Source: Sediminispirochaeta sp. (GTDB taxonomy: Bacteria; Spirochaetota; Spirochaetia; B11-G9). From it: 64,000 nt of DNA. Numbering within the stretch: the stretch's first letter is position 1; the number at the start of each line of letters is the position of its first letter. The stretch is taken from the NCBI GenBank assembly GCA_024763455.1, contig JANTFL010000001.1, positions 26,678 to 90,677 of the forward strand, read 5' to 3'. This document shows positions 54,849-63,000 of this stretch, one piece after another. The notes beneath the pieces are model-generated. The model did no database searches. It was not told where the DNA came from and saw only the letters and a list, made by a program, of their open reading frames with translations. The position numbers were made by a program, and so were the translations under genes.

Positions 54849-55698
54849 TTTTTTCCTCTCCGGGAAGTGAAATTGAGGGAATAACATTGCTGCGCAGGGA
54901 GCTGTCGGTTGAAAGTACTTGAACAAGTTCAGGATATTTTTTTAAAAGATCGCCATATTTCTTTAAAAGCTCAATCTTTGAAGCTTCTCGTATTTCATCC
55001 TCCGCTGCTCTCTGTTTTGCTTCTGCGTCTATGGCTGTCCGGGAACTCAAGTAGTTAAAATAATTTTCTTTTGCCTTCCTGTACAGTGCAATATCTGGGA
55101 ATTCAATGCTTGTTATGGTAAGATTTATTAAAGAGATATACGGGATAGTTTCTTTCAGCGCATCGCTTGCTGCATTGGTAAAATCAATGGAAAGCAGGTC
55201 TTTATAATCACTTTTTGACGTTTCATCAAGTTTATTAAAAACAGCTGTTTGAATCAGGTTGGTAAGTTTGTCTTTAGTGTCTCCGTAAAACTGCTCCATG
55301 GATCCGGGGTCAATGAGATTTTTCTGCAACAGTCCGGGAAGTGATTCCTCTTTCAGCAGGTATGAAACAGAAAATGAGAGGGAGTAGGAAAAATCCGGTT
55401 CACCGGTCATAAATTTACCGTACACTCTCCCCGACGGAAGTATCCCGTTTTTAGAAAACGAAAATGAACGGGGGAGAATTTTTACTTTGATGAGCTTTAA
55501 ATTTCCGGGAATGATTTTTTGTAAACTCCAGGAAAAAGCTCCCGGCTTGTATACCCGCTCTCCGTATCCTGCTGATTTGGTAAAGGCTACAGCGTAAGTA
55601 TTTTCATCAAGATGAATCTGGATCCATCCCAGATAAAATATCACTGCTGCCATAAGGAGTAATATAATCAGTACAAATATATTTCTAATTTTTTTCAT
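54841..55698 (-). CDS. membrane-anchored hypothetical protein (possible SPFH/band-7-like)
   Basis: 285 aa. An N-terminal TM helix is followed by ..YAVAFTKSAGYGERVYKPGAFSW.., which resembles the start of SPFH domains. This is a weak call. Confidence 0.4.
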   Translation of the reverse strand: MKKIRNIFVLIILLLMAAVIFYLGWIQIHLDENTYAVAFTKSAGYGERVYKPGAFSWSLQKIIPGNLKLIKVKILPRSFSFSKNGILPSGRVYGKFMTGEPDFSYSLSFSVSYLLKEESLPGLLQKNLIDPGSMEQFYGDTKDKLTNLIQTAVFNKLDETSKSDYKDLLSIDFTNAASDALKETIPYISLINLTITSIEFPDIALYRKAKENYFNYLSSRTAIDAEAKQRAAEDEIREASKIELLKKYGDLLKKYPELVQVLSTDSSLRSNVIPSISLPGEEKNE

Positions 55699-56600
55699 AC
55701 TATCCTCTCATACAGTTGATTGAGACTCGTAATAATTGCATCTGGAACACTATCCGGGCATACATCTTCCCGAATACGGAGCGATCTCTGGTCTCCTGCA
55801 AAAAGTACGGTCTTTAATCCGGCAGAAGAGGCTGTCTTTACATCGTTGAGCATATCATTCCCAATATAAACAGTTTCATCAGCAGTTATTCCGTAGATAT
55901 TATACAGTCGATCTTTGAGTTTTTCAAACATAATCGGAGAAGGTTTTGCCTGACCGTATTCATAGGAGTAAAATGTCAGATCCTTTTTAAACCCATTTCC
56001 CGCCACGTCTTCTCCTGTCAGAGCTTTAAAAAGCAGGGGGGTATAAAACTGGGCATTGGATACAATACCAGTGACAAATCCCCGTTGTCCAAGAGCTTTT
56101 AGGGTTTCTTCCAAGCCGGGCATTGGCCATACCGGGTTGGAAAGAATTTCATAGTAAACAGCAAACGTACGAATTTCTGTCTCTGACGGCAGAGTGAGAA
56201 CCAGATTATCTTCTTTCAGTTTGGAAAAAAAATCGGTCCAGATTGAAATAATATCAACCTCAGGATGGGGGATCCCCTTTGCCCTGGAATCTGAATGACT
56301 TTTGGAAATAAGAGAGGAGAAAAGATTTCCCAAGATTTCACATGGTGTATCATAATGTATAACAATACTGCTCTTCTCTGCAGCTTTAAGATAAAGGCAA
56401 TCCCTTTCCCGTTTGTGAATCGTTCCGATATCACCGGAACCTGAAATAAAAAGTGTCCCGTATACATCAAAAATAACACTCCTGATATGATCTATTGTAT
56501 TGAAAGAGGGTGTTATCTCTGTCTTAATAGGCACCAGAGGGGATGAATTGGCTCTTATAATTTCAATCAAAGAATCCCTGAACGCCGGTATTAGTGTCAT
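55695..56600 (-). CDS. HAD-superfamily hydrolase
   Basis: HAD motifs I (VIFDVYGTLF), II (GIVSNAQ) and IV (YIGNDMLNDV) are present. I chose the ATG at 56600, supported by TTGCAA-N17-TTTAAT-N6-ATG on the minus strand. The track start at 56798 would overlap the divergent gene at 56689. Confidence 0.7.
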   Translation of the reverse strand: MTLIPAFRDSLIEIIRANSSPLVPIKTEITPSFNTIDHIRSVIFDVYGTLFISGSGDIGTIHKRERDCLYLKAAEKSSIVIHYDTPCEILGNLFSSLISKSHSDSRAKGIPHPEVDIISIWTDFFSKLKEDNLVLTLPSETEIRTFAVYYEILSNPVWPMPGLEETLKALGQRGFVTGIVSNAQFYTPLLFKALTGEDVAGNGFKKDLTFYSYEYGQAKPSPIMFEKLKDRLYNIYGITADETVYIGNDMLNDVKTASSAGLKTVLFAGDQRSLRIREDVCPDSVPDAIITSLNQLYERIV

Positions 56601-56606
56601 ACACTG

Positions 56607-56635
56607 ATTAAAGAACAAAAAAGGATAACTTGCAA
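56607..56635 (-). promoter_or_regulatory. candidate promoter (leaderless geometry) of the HAD-SPFH-HIT operon
   Basis: On the minus strand: TTGCAA (56635-56630), a 17 nt spacer and TTTAAT (56612-56607), then 6 nt to the ATG at 56600. Confidence 0.35.
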
Positions 56636-56652
56636 TATAAAAAATACCTGTA

Positions 56653-56681
56653 CTGACTTTTTCAATCCAAACCGATACAAT
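56653..56681 (+). promoter_or_regulatory. candidate promoter (leaderless geometry) of the 56689 membrane-protein/aroH/map operon
   Basis: CTGACT (56653-56658), a 17 nt spacer and TACAAT (56676-56681), then 7 nt to the ATG at 56689. No SD is present. Confidence 0.4.
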
Positions 56682-56688
56682 AGGCAGA

Positions 56689-57024
56689 ATGAGAAAGGAA
56701 AAAAATATCATTTGGCTTCCGGATATAATTAATAAAATCACCCTTTTTACGTTTATGCTGTCGATACTGATAGTATTTACCTTTCTTGCCGGTAACAAAC
56801 AAGGGTTTATTGATTCTACTCAAAACCTGCTGCTCAGGCTGTTCAGAACAACAGCCCTGGTTTTCATCGTTACCGGAGTATATAACATTTTAATCAGTCT
56901 TGCAGTTCTCATAAGAAAACGGCGGTTATACTCTTCCCGGTTAATAATGACAATATTGGCGGAGGGCTTGATGATCTCTTTTTTTCTGGGAACGAGCGGT
57001 ATACTTGCAATCATTAAGGGATAG
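56689..57024 (+). CDS. small integral membrane protein (3 predicted TM helices), unknown function
   Basis: 111 aa with three hydrophobic stretches. The start is supported by the promoter geometry above, and the gene abuts aroH. Confidence 0.45.
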   Translation: MRKEKNIIWLPDIINKITLFTFMLSILIVFTFLAGNKQGFIDSTQNLLLRLFRTTALVFIVTGVYNILISLAVLIRKRRLYSSRLIMTILAEGLMISFFLGTSGILAIIKG

Positions 57025-57039
57025 GTGAGGATTATGGTC

Positions 57040-57399
57040 ATGAGGACTCGTGCAGTAAGGGGCGCAGTGCAGATAAGCAAAGACTCTGTAGAGTTGATTG
57101 AGAGAAATGTCGGCGAATTGGTTAAAACTATTATTAAAGTGAACGGAATAAATGAGGAAGATATAATTTCAATACAATTCACCATTACTGGAGACTTGCG
57201 ATCTAAAAACCCTGCAGCAGCGTTAAGAAAATACGGCTTTGAAACTGTTCCGCTGTTCTGCAGCCTGGAACCGGATATTGAAGGAGCAATGGAAAGGGTA
57301 ATCCGGGTTCTTGTTACCTTTGACCAGGCAGCTGGTGATCCGATTGTTCCTGTATACTTGTATGGTGCTGAAAAGTTACGACCGGACCTGGCAAAATGA
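57040..57399 (+). CDS. aroH: chorismate mutase, AroH class
   Basis: MRTRAVRGAVQI.. aligns with the B. subtilis AroH start MMIRGIRGATTV. ISIQFTITGDL, PLFC and RVIRVLVTF motifs are present. GAGGA lies 8 nt upstream of the ATG at 57040. Confidence 0.8.
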   Translation: MRTRAVRGAVQISKDSVELIERNVGELVKTIIKVNGINEEDIISIQFTITGDLRSKNPAAALRKYGFETVPLFCSLEPDIEGAMERVIRVLVTFDQAAGDPIVPVYLYGAEKLRPDLAK

Positions 57400-58172
57400 G
57401 AGATGATACGATACTGCTAAAGACATCTGTAGAGGTAAACAGAATTCGGCGTTCATGCAGTCTGGTAGAAAGGATCCTGGATGCACTTGAAACAGTTATT
57501 GCCCCGGGGATTTCTACTCTGGAGATAGAAGAAATTTGTAAATCCGCACTTAAATCTGCCATGGCAAATTCCTCCGCTCTTAACTTTAAGGGTTTTCCCT
57601 CAACGATCTGTACCTCGGTTAACAGTGTTGCTGTACATGGTATTCCTGACCACACTGTTCTTGAGAACGGTGATATTCTCACCGTTGATATATCGCTAAA
57701 CCTTGACGGGTGGCATGGGGACAGTGCCAGAACCTATGTTGCAGGGACAGGAAGTAACGATGTCCTCCGCCTTCAGAAAGCAGCCTATGCAGCGACTGTT
57801 GCCGGAATAAATGCTGCTGTTTCAGGGAAACGTTTGGGAGATGTTGGGTGGGCAATAGAAACAGCAGTGAAAAAATGGGGGTGTTCGGTGGTAAGAAAAT
57901 TTGCCGGACATGGGATAGGCCGGGATCTCCATGAAGATCCTGTTATCCTCCCATACGGTGAAAAAAATACCGGTTTAAGGATAATACCGGGGATGGTTTT
58001 TACCATAGAACCCGTTGTTGTCCTGGGCAGAGGTGACGTGAAGCAGATGGATGACGGGTGGTCATTCGTAACCAGTGACGGATCTCTTTCTGCCCAGTAT
58101 GAGCACACTCTTGCCGTTTTCAGTGACAGGACAGAAGTACTTACAGACGATAACCTGTCCATTCATTTATAA
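57396..58172 (+). CDS. map: type I methionine aminopeptidase
   Basis: 258 aa. Metal-ligand contexts VAVHGIP, DISLNLDGWHGD, GHGIGRDLHE, FTIEP and QYEHT are present. Confidence 0.9.
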   Translation: MRDDTILLKTSVEVNRIRRSCSLVERILDALETVIAPGISTLEIEEICKSALKSAMANSSALNFKGFPSTICTSVNSVAVHGIPDHTVLENGDILTVDISLNLDGWHGDSARTYVAGTGSNDVLRLQKAAYAATVAGINAAVSGKRLGDVGWAIETAVKKWGCSVVRKFAGHGIGRDLHEDPVILPYGEKNTGLRIIPGMVFTIEPVVVLGRGDVKQMDDGWSFVTSDGSLSAQYEHTLAVFSDRTEVLTDDNLSIHL

Positions 58173-58196
58173 GATTAAATCATTCTTAGTGGTGTC

Positions 58197-58225
58197 TTGA
58201 CATAATTCATAAAAACAATTATGTT
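58197..58225 (+). promoter_or_regulatory. sigma70-type promoter of the tRNA-Thr/tRNA-Tyr pair
   Basis: TTGACA (58197-58202), a 17 nt spacer and TATGTT (58220-58225), 12 nt upstream of the tRNA 5' end. Confidence 0.5.
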
Positions 58226-58237
58226 CTCTTTCAAGAC

Positions 58238-58311
58238 GCCACCTTAGCTCAGCTGGCCAGAGCACGTGACTTGTAATCTCGGGGTCGTCAGTTCGAATCT
58301 GACAGGTGGCT
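58238..58311 (+). tRNA. tRNA-Thr (anticodon UGU)
   Basis: Acceptor GCCACCT/AGGTGGC, D arm GCTC-AGCTGGCCA-GAGC, anticodon loop CTTGTAA, T arm GTCAG-TTCGAAT-CTGAC. It is 74 nt long and no CCA is encoded. Confidence 0.85.
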
Positions 58312-58356
58312 TGACCATATTGGACAACTTATGATAGTGTCTTTTCAAGGTTTTAT

Positions 58357-58438
58357 GGGGAGGTTCCCGAGTGGTCAAAGGGGGCAGACTGTAAATCTGT
58401 TGGCTACGCCTTCGAAGGTTCAAATCCTTCTCTCCCCA
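58357..58438 (+). tRNA. tRNA-Tyr (anticodon GUA), long variable arm
   Basis: Acceptor GGGGAGG/TCTCCCC, anticodon arm GCAGA-CTGTAAA-TCTGT, a long variable arm, T arm GAAGG-TTCAAAT-CCTTC. It is collinear with E. coli tRNA-Tyr. No CCA is encoded. Confidence 0.85.
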
Positions 58439-58440
58439 TA

Positions 58441-58471
58441 GGTCTTCTCGAAAGAGAAGGCCTTTTTTTTT
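58441..58471 (+). terminator. intrinsic terminator after the tRNA-Thr/Tyr pair
   Basis: 9 bp stem GGTCTTCTC/GAGAAGGCC with a GAAA tetraloop, followed by nine T residues. Confidence 0.7.
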
Positions 58472-58482
58472 AGGGAAAAATT

Positions 58483-58929
58483 ATGAATAAACCGTTCTAC
58501 AAAAAAGGCTTGAATTTTGAGTGCGTCCAGTGTTCGGCGTGCTGCAGGTTTGATCCGGGATATGTATTTCTTTCTGCTTCAGATATGGATAGACTCGTTC
58601 TATACTTCAAGATGGAGAAGAAGGATATCGTGGAAAAGTATTGCCGGATTGTCGATATGGGAGACAGCAGACGTCTAAGTTTTAATGAAAAAAGGAATTT
58701 TGACTGCATCTTCTGGAAAGATGGAGGATGTTCTATTTATGAAGCAAGACCGCTTCAATGCCGCAGTTATCCATTCTGGCGCCCCTTTCTTGTAAATGAA
58801 GAAGCATGGAATAAAGAAGCTGAGAACTGTCCCGGGATGAACAGGGGGAAAAAACATTCTTTAAAAACTATTGAAAATTGGCTTGAAAAAAGAGATAATG
58901 AAACGTACAGACTTGAGGATATACTATGA
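58483..58929 (+). CDS. YkgJ-family cysteine-cluster protein (CxxCxxCC)
   Basis: 148 aa. FECVQCSACCRF and the second cluster CIFWKDGGCSIYEARPLQCRSYPFW fit the YkgJ/UPF0153 family. Confidence 0.7.
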   Translation: MNKPFYKKGLNFECVQCSACCRFDPGYVFLSASDMDRLVLYFKMEKKDIVEKYCRIVDMGDSRRLSFNEKRNFDCIFWKDGGCSIYEARPLQCRSYPFWRPFLVNEEAWNKEAENCPGMNRGKKHSLKTIENWLEKRDNETYRLEDIL

Positions 58930-59870
58930 AGGTACGGTTCTGGGGGGTGCGCGGCTCAATCCCCACTCCATTGACTTCGTCTCAGATACAGGGAAAGATT
59001 TCAGCGGCTGTCCAGCGTATACAGCCCAAGGATATAGTTGATCAAAAATCCAGAGAGTTGTTCATTGCATCTTTGCCGGAAAACCTGTTTGGAACGGTCG
59101 GTGGAAATACTACCAGCGTTGAGGTTCGTCTTGATGACGATACCGTTATAATTTTCGATGCAGGTTCAGGAATTTGCCGTCTTGGCGCGGATTTGGTACG
59201 GAAAAACGAGCATTTAAGGGATTATCATATCTTCTTTACCCATTTTCACTGGGACCATATACAAGGCTTGCCGTTTTTTTCTCCCCAGATGTATGATCCC
59301 CGATGTACCGTAAACTTTTATACACCCGAAGAGGGACTCAGGGATATCTTGAGCGGTCAGATGAGAAAACCCTACTTCCCTATAACGATGGATGTTTTCC
59401 ACGAGAATATAACCTATAACCAATTGAAAGGAAATTCTTTACGAATAGGCAATGCTGTAATTTCCTGGAAAAGAATGAAACATCCCGGTGGAGTTTTTTC
59501 ATATAAGATAGAAGAGAATGGCAAAACATTGATATTCTCCACCGATACGGAGCTTTCGGACAAAGATTTCGAAAAGAGCAGCAGGAATAGTGATTACTTC
59601 AAGGATGCTGATGTTTTGATTATCGACAGCCAGTATACCCTTGATGAGGCGATAGAAAAGTATGATTGGGGACACTCCTCCTACAGTTTATGCGTAGATT
59701 TTGCCTCAGTCTGGAATATAAAAAAACTTGTCCTCTTCCATCATGAACCTTCCTATGATGATAACAAAATGTATTCCATCCTCCAATCGGCGCGATGGTA
59801 TAGACAGTATCAGCAAAACTCAAATATATCCGTTTCTCTGGCGAAAGAGGGTATGGAGATTGTGCTTTGA
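58926..59870 (+). CDS. MBL-fold metallo-hydrolase
   Basis: 314 aa. It has the FTHFHWDHIQG (HxHxDH) motif and downstream D/H ligands (STDTE, WGHSS, LFHHEP). Confidence 0.75.
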   Translation: MKVRFWGVRGSIPTPLTSSQIQGKISAAVQRIQPKDIVDQKSRELFIASLPENLFGTVGGNTTSVEVRLDDDTVIIFDAGSGICRLGADLVRKNEHLRDYHIFFTHFHWDHIQGLPFFSPQMYDPRCTVNFYTPEEGLRDILSGQMRKPYFPITMDVFHENITYNQLKGNSLRIGNAVISWKRMKHPGGVFSYKIEENGKTLIFSTDTELSDKDFEKSSRNSDYFKDADVLIIDSQYTLDEAIEKYDWGHSSYSLCVDFASVWNIKKLVLFHHEPSYDDNKMYSILQSARWYRQYQQNSNISVSLAKEGMEIVL

Positions 59871-60064
59871 TAATTCTTCAGGGGAAAGAACTGGTTGCAG
59901 TGTATTTGCTGCTGAAAAAAGATGATAGTGATCTTGATCCTGCACAACTCAGTGTAAAGAACAGGATAGAAAAAGTCCTGTTTGAATCTCTTTCCATAGA
60001 AGAAATTGAATCTATAGAAGAACTATACAAAAAGAATGTTGATGTTCTGGGAAAAAAGCTATAA
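59867..60064 (+). CDS. small hypothetical protein (65 aa)
   Basis: The TTG start overlaps the MBL stop, and the ORF fills the gap before the giant ORF. There is no motif support, so coding status is uncertain. Confidence 0.3.
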   Translation: MIILQGKELVAVYLLLKKDDSDLDPAQLSVKNRIEKVLFESLSIEEIESIEELYKKNVDVLGKKL

Positions 60065-60073
60065 ATTCATAAC

Positions 60074-63000
60074 ATGAAAAAATATAAATTTATCAGTATT
60101 GCAGTAGTTTTTTTGGGTTTAACCACACTAGGCTCGTTCGGGCAGGAAAATGCCCGGGTAAAGGAATTTTATTCGCCGCTTTTCCTTTCTGGAACATGGA
60201 ATGAGACTGAACAGGCTGCTCCGCAGTCAGATGCCGTCAATCCTGCATCGTCTGCTCTTTACCAACGGACGACCCTTGATCTAAGCTATATGGGAATTGT
60301 CGGTGATGAAGGTACGCTTACGGGACAGAACGGATTCGCTTTTAATCTGGGGAATACCATTCCGACGAGAGCCGGGGTTTTTTCCTGGTCCGCACATATG
60401 CTGAAGTCAGATTATCTGAACTTTAATGTACCTTTTTATTTTGCAGTTTCGGGGTCTTTTTCAAAGGATCTCTATCCGAATCTTCTTGCTGGTCTAGGGG
60501 TGAAGGCTGCATATTCTTCCTTGCCCGGGTACAGTGCTGCAGTTGATCTGGGGATAATCTATCTTTCCGGAAATTTCTGGAAATTCACCGATACTGCCGT
60601 TGGCCTCACCCTTGCTGATTTGGGTTACAGCACAATTACAAAGGGATATCAACAGCCCTTTACTCCCTCTGCAGGAGTAAGCGGAACCCTGTTCAAGACT
60701 GATATTTTTTCCATGAAGCTCAACAGTAATATTAGTTCACCCGGTTTAAGTTCTGTTTTTATGAGCCTTGGGGGAAGTGTTGACTTTAAAAACATTATCT
60801 CTCTTACCTTTGGCAGCAGAATGGATTTAAGGTCCCTTCTAAACGGCAACAGCGCGGGGTTGATCCCTTCTGTAGGGCTTAATTTCAGATTTAATCCATC
60901 ACTAGGAGAAAACTCAACGTTTCTCGGGCTATCCGAAAAGGGCTGGAACAAGGGGCAGGTTGAGCTGCAATCATCTTTTGCACCCATTGCAGACGGGATT
61001 TGGTCATACGGCGCAGGGGCTAACGTGCAACTTGGAGTTTTAGATAAAGATCCACCGGAAATAGAGATCGATATTTCCGGTTTTGAATCGCAATCCATGA
61101 ACGTTCCGGCAAAGGGGCATAGTGAAAAGTACTCTTCCCACAGTAAACAAAGTAAAAAAATTGTTTATGTGGATTCAGGTAAAGACTCGATAAAAAAGAA
61201 TGCTCTGAAAAGTGACGGAGCAGTGCTTACCTATCTTTCTCCAAACAATGATGGAATTAAAGATGATTTGAAACTACCCATTAAAATAAAGGATTCAAGG
61301 TACATAAAAGGGTACTCTCTCGTCGTTACTGATTCTGAAGGAAATTTAGTCAGAGAGATAAAAAATAAAGAGAAAAGATCCGAAAATCAGGGATTTATGG
61401 GCTTTTTTGACCGTCTTACTGCAGTGAAGAGCGGTATAGATGTGCCGGAGGAACTGCGGTGGGATGGGTACAACGATTCGGGGAAGGTTGTTCCGGACGG
61501 AACCTACTATTTCCATGTCGAAGCCTGGGATGATAATGGTAACGTGAGTAAAACAAAAGAGTATGCGGTCGTTATCGATACTACTCCGCCGGAGGTAACC
61601 ATTAAGGAACCGCCGGAGGAAGAAAAAATATTCTCCCCGAATAACGACGGCAGCAAGGACACAGTATCGTTTGAACAGAATGGTTCCGTTGAGGATACAT
61701 GGACCGGAACAATACTGGATTCAAATGGAACAGTTGTAAAAACTTTTACCTGGTTAAATTCCGAACCGGAAAAAGTTGTCTGGAATGGTCTTGATAATAA
61801 CGGGAATATGGCTCCCGACGGAGTATATTCGTATGCAGTTACTAGTACTGACAGAGCCGGGAACAGCGTAGAGAAGGATTTTCAGAATATTATAAAGAAC
61901 ACAGAAGAGACACCCATTGCACTTAAAATTGATAAACAATTTTTCAGCCCAAACAACGACAAGATCATGGACACAATAATTCTTACTCCGGAAGTAAGTG
62001 TTAAAACAGGTCTGAGGAGCTGGAGCCTTTCTGTTTTTAATGCAAAGGGTGACGTTGAAAAGATCTTTTCAGGAACAGACAGTATACCTGAGAATCTGAT
62101 ATACGATGGCAGAGATAATTCCGGAATTATTCTTAAGGAAGGTACGTATTACGCCCTGCTGGACGTACAGTATGTAAACGGAAATAATCCTTCTGCGAAA
62201 TCTCCTGAATTTACAGTGGATGTTACTCCTCCCTCTGCAACAGTGAGGGTAAGTACAAAAGTTTTTTCACCCAATGGGGATGGACAGAAAGATACGGTAA
62301 AATTCTTTCAGGAAACATCCTTGGAAGAGGTGTGGACCGCTTCCATTTATTCCGCAGAGGGTGAGGTGGAGTATGACTACAACTGGATAGGTACTGCCGA
62401 ACCAGAGATTGAATGGAATGGGATCAGTAAAGACGGCAGACTTGGTTCTGACGGTGTTTATACCTACCAGCTTAGTGCTATTGACAGGGCTGGAAATCTG
62501 GGTAAATCAAATATCGTTTCGTTTAAGCTTGATACAGAAAAGACTGCAGTCATTCTTACAACCGAATACAATGTTTTTTCTCCTAACAACGATGGATCGA
62601 AGGATGAGATTAAGATAATACCTCAGTTGTCAGTAAAAGAGGGTATAGCGGCCTATACAATGAATATCTATGACAGCAGTAACACATCGGTGAGGGTATA
62701 TAGGGGCACAAAAAGTATTCCCGAGTATTTCCTCTGGGATGGGTCGGATGGTAAAGGAGTGAGAGTCCCTGATGGAGTCTACTATGCAAAACTGGATATG
62801 GAATATGACAAGGGGGATAAACCATCGGCTGTTTCGAGAAACATTGAGGTCGATACTGCATATCCTCAGATTACCCTGGCAACAGAGTATGTTTTGTTCT
62901 CGCCTGATGGTGACGGGAAAAAAGATTCGGTTATAATCAGCCAGCGATCTGAGGGAAGCGAGCAGTGGAGAGGAGAGATTCTAGATGCTGAAGGGAATAC

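Noticed and set aside
56601-56798. A long N-terminal extension of the HAD hydrolase, which would overlap the divergent 56689 gene by 110 nt.
   Set aside because: The extension is hydrophobic, AT-rich intergenic read-through. Both divergent genes have their own -35/-10 pairs if the HAD gene starts at 56600, and the first HAD motif lies well downstream of either start.
60649-61098. A minus-strand 149 aa ORF, together with others at 61754-61939, 62610-62861, 63569-63988 and 63733-63960 and the + strand ORF at 62409-62618. These are the only track entries in the last 4 kb.
   Set aside because: All lie inside, antisense to or out of frame with the 1309-codon + strand ORF. That ORF's translation shows eight repeated Ig-like modules and an OmpA-like end, whereas the short ORFs have no motifs.
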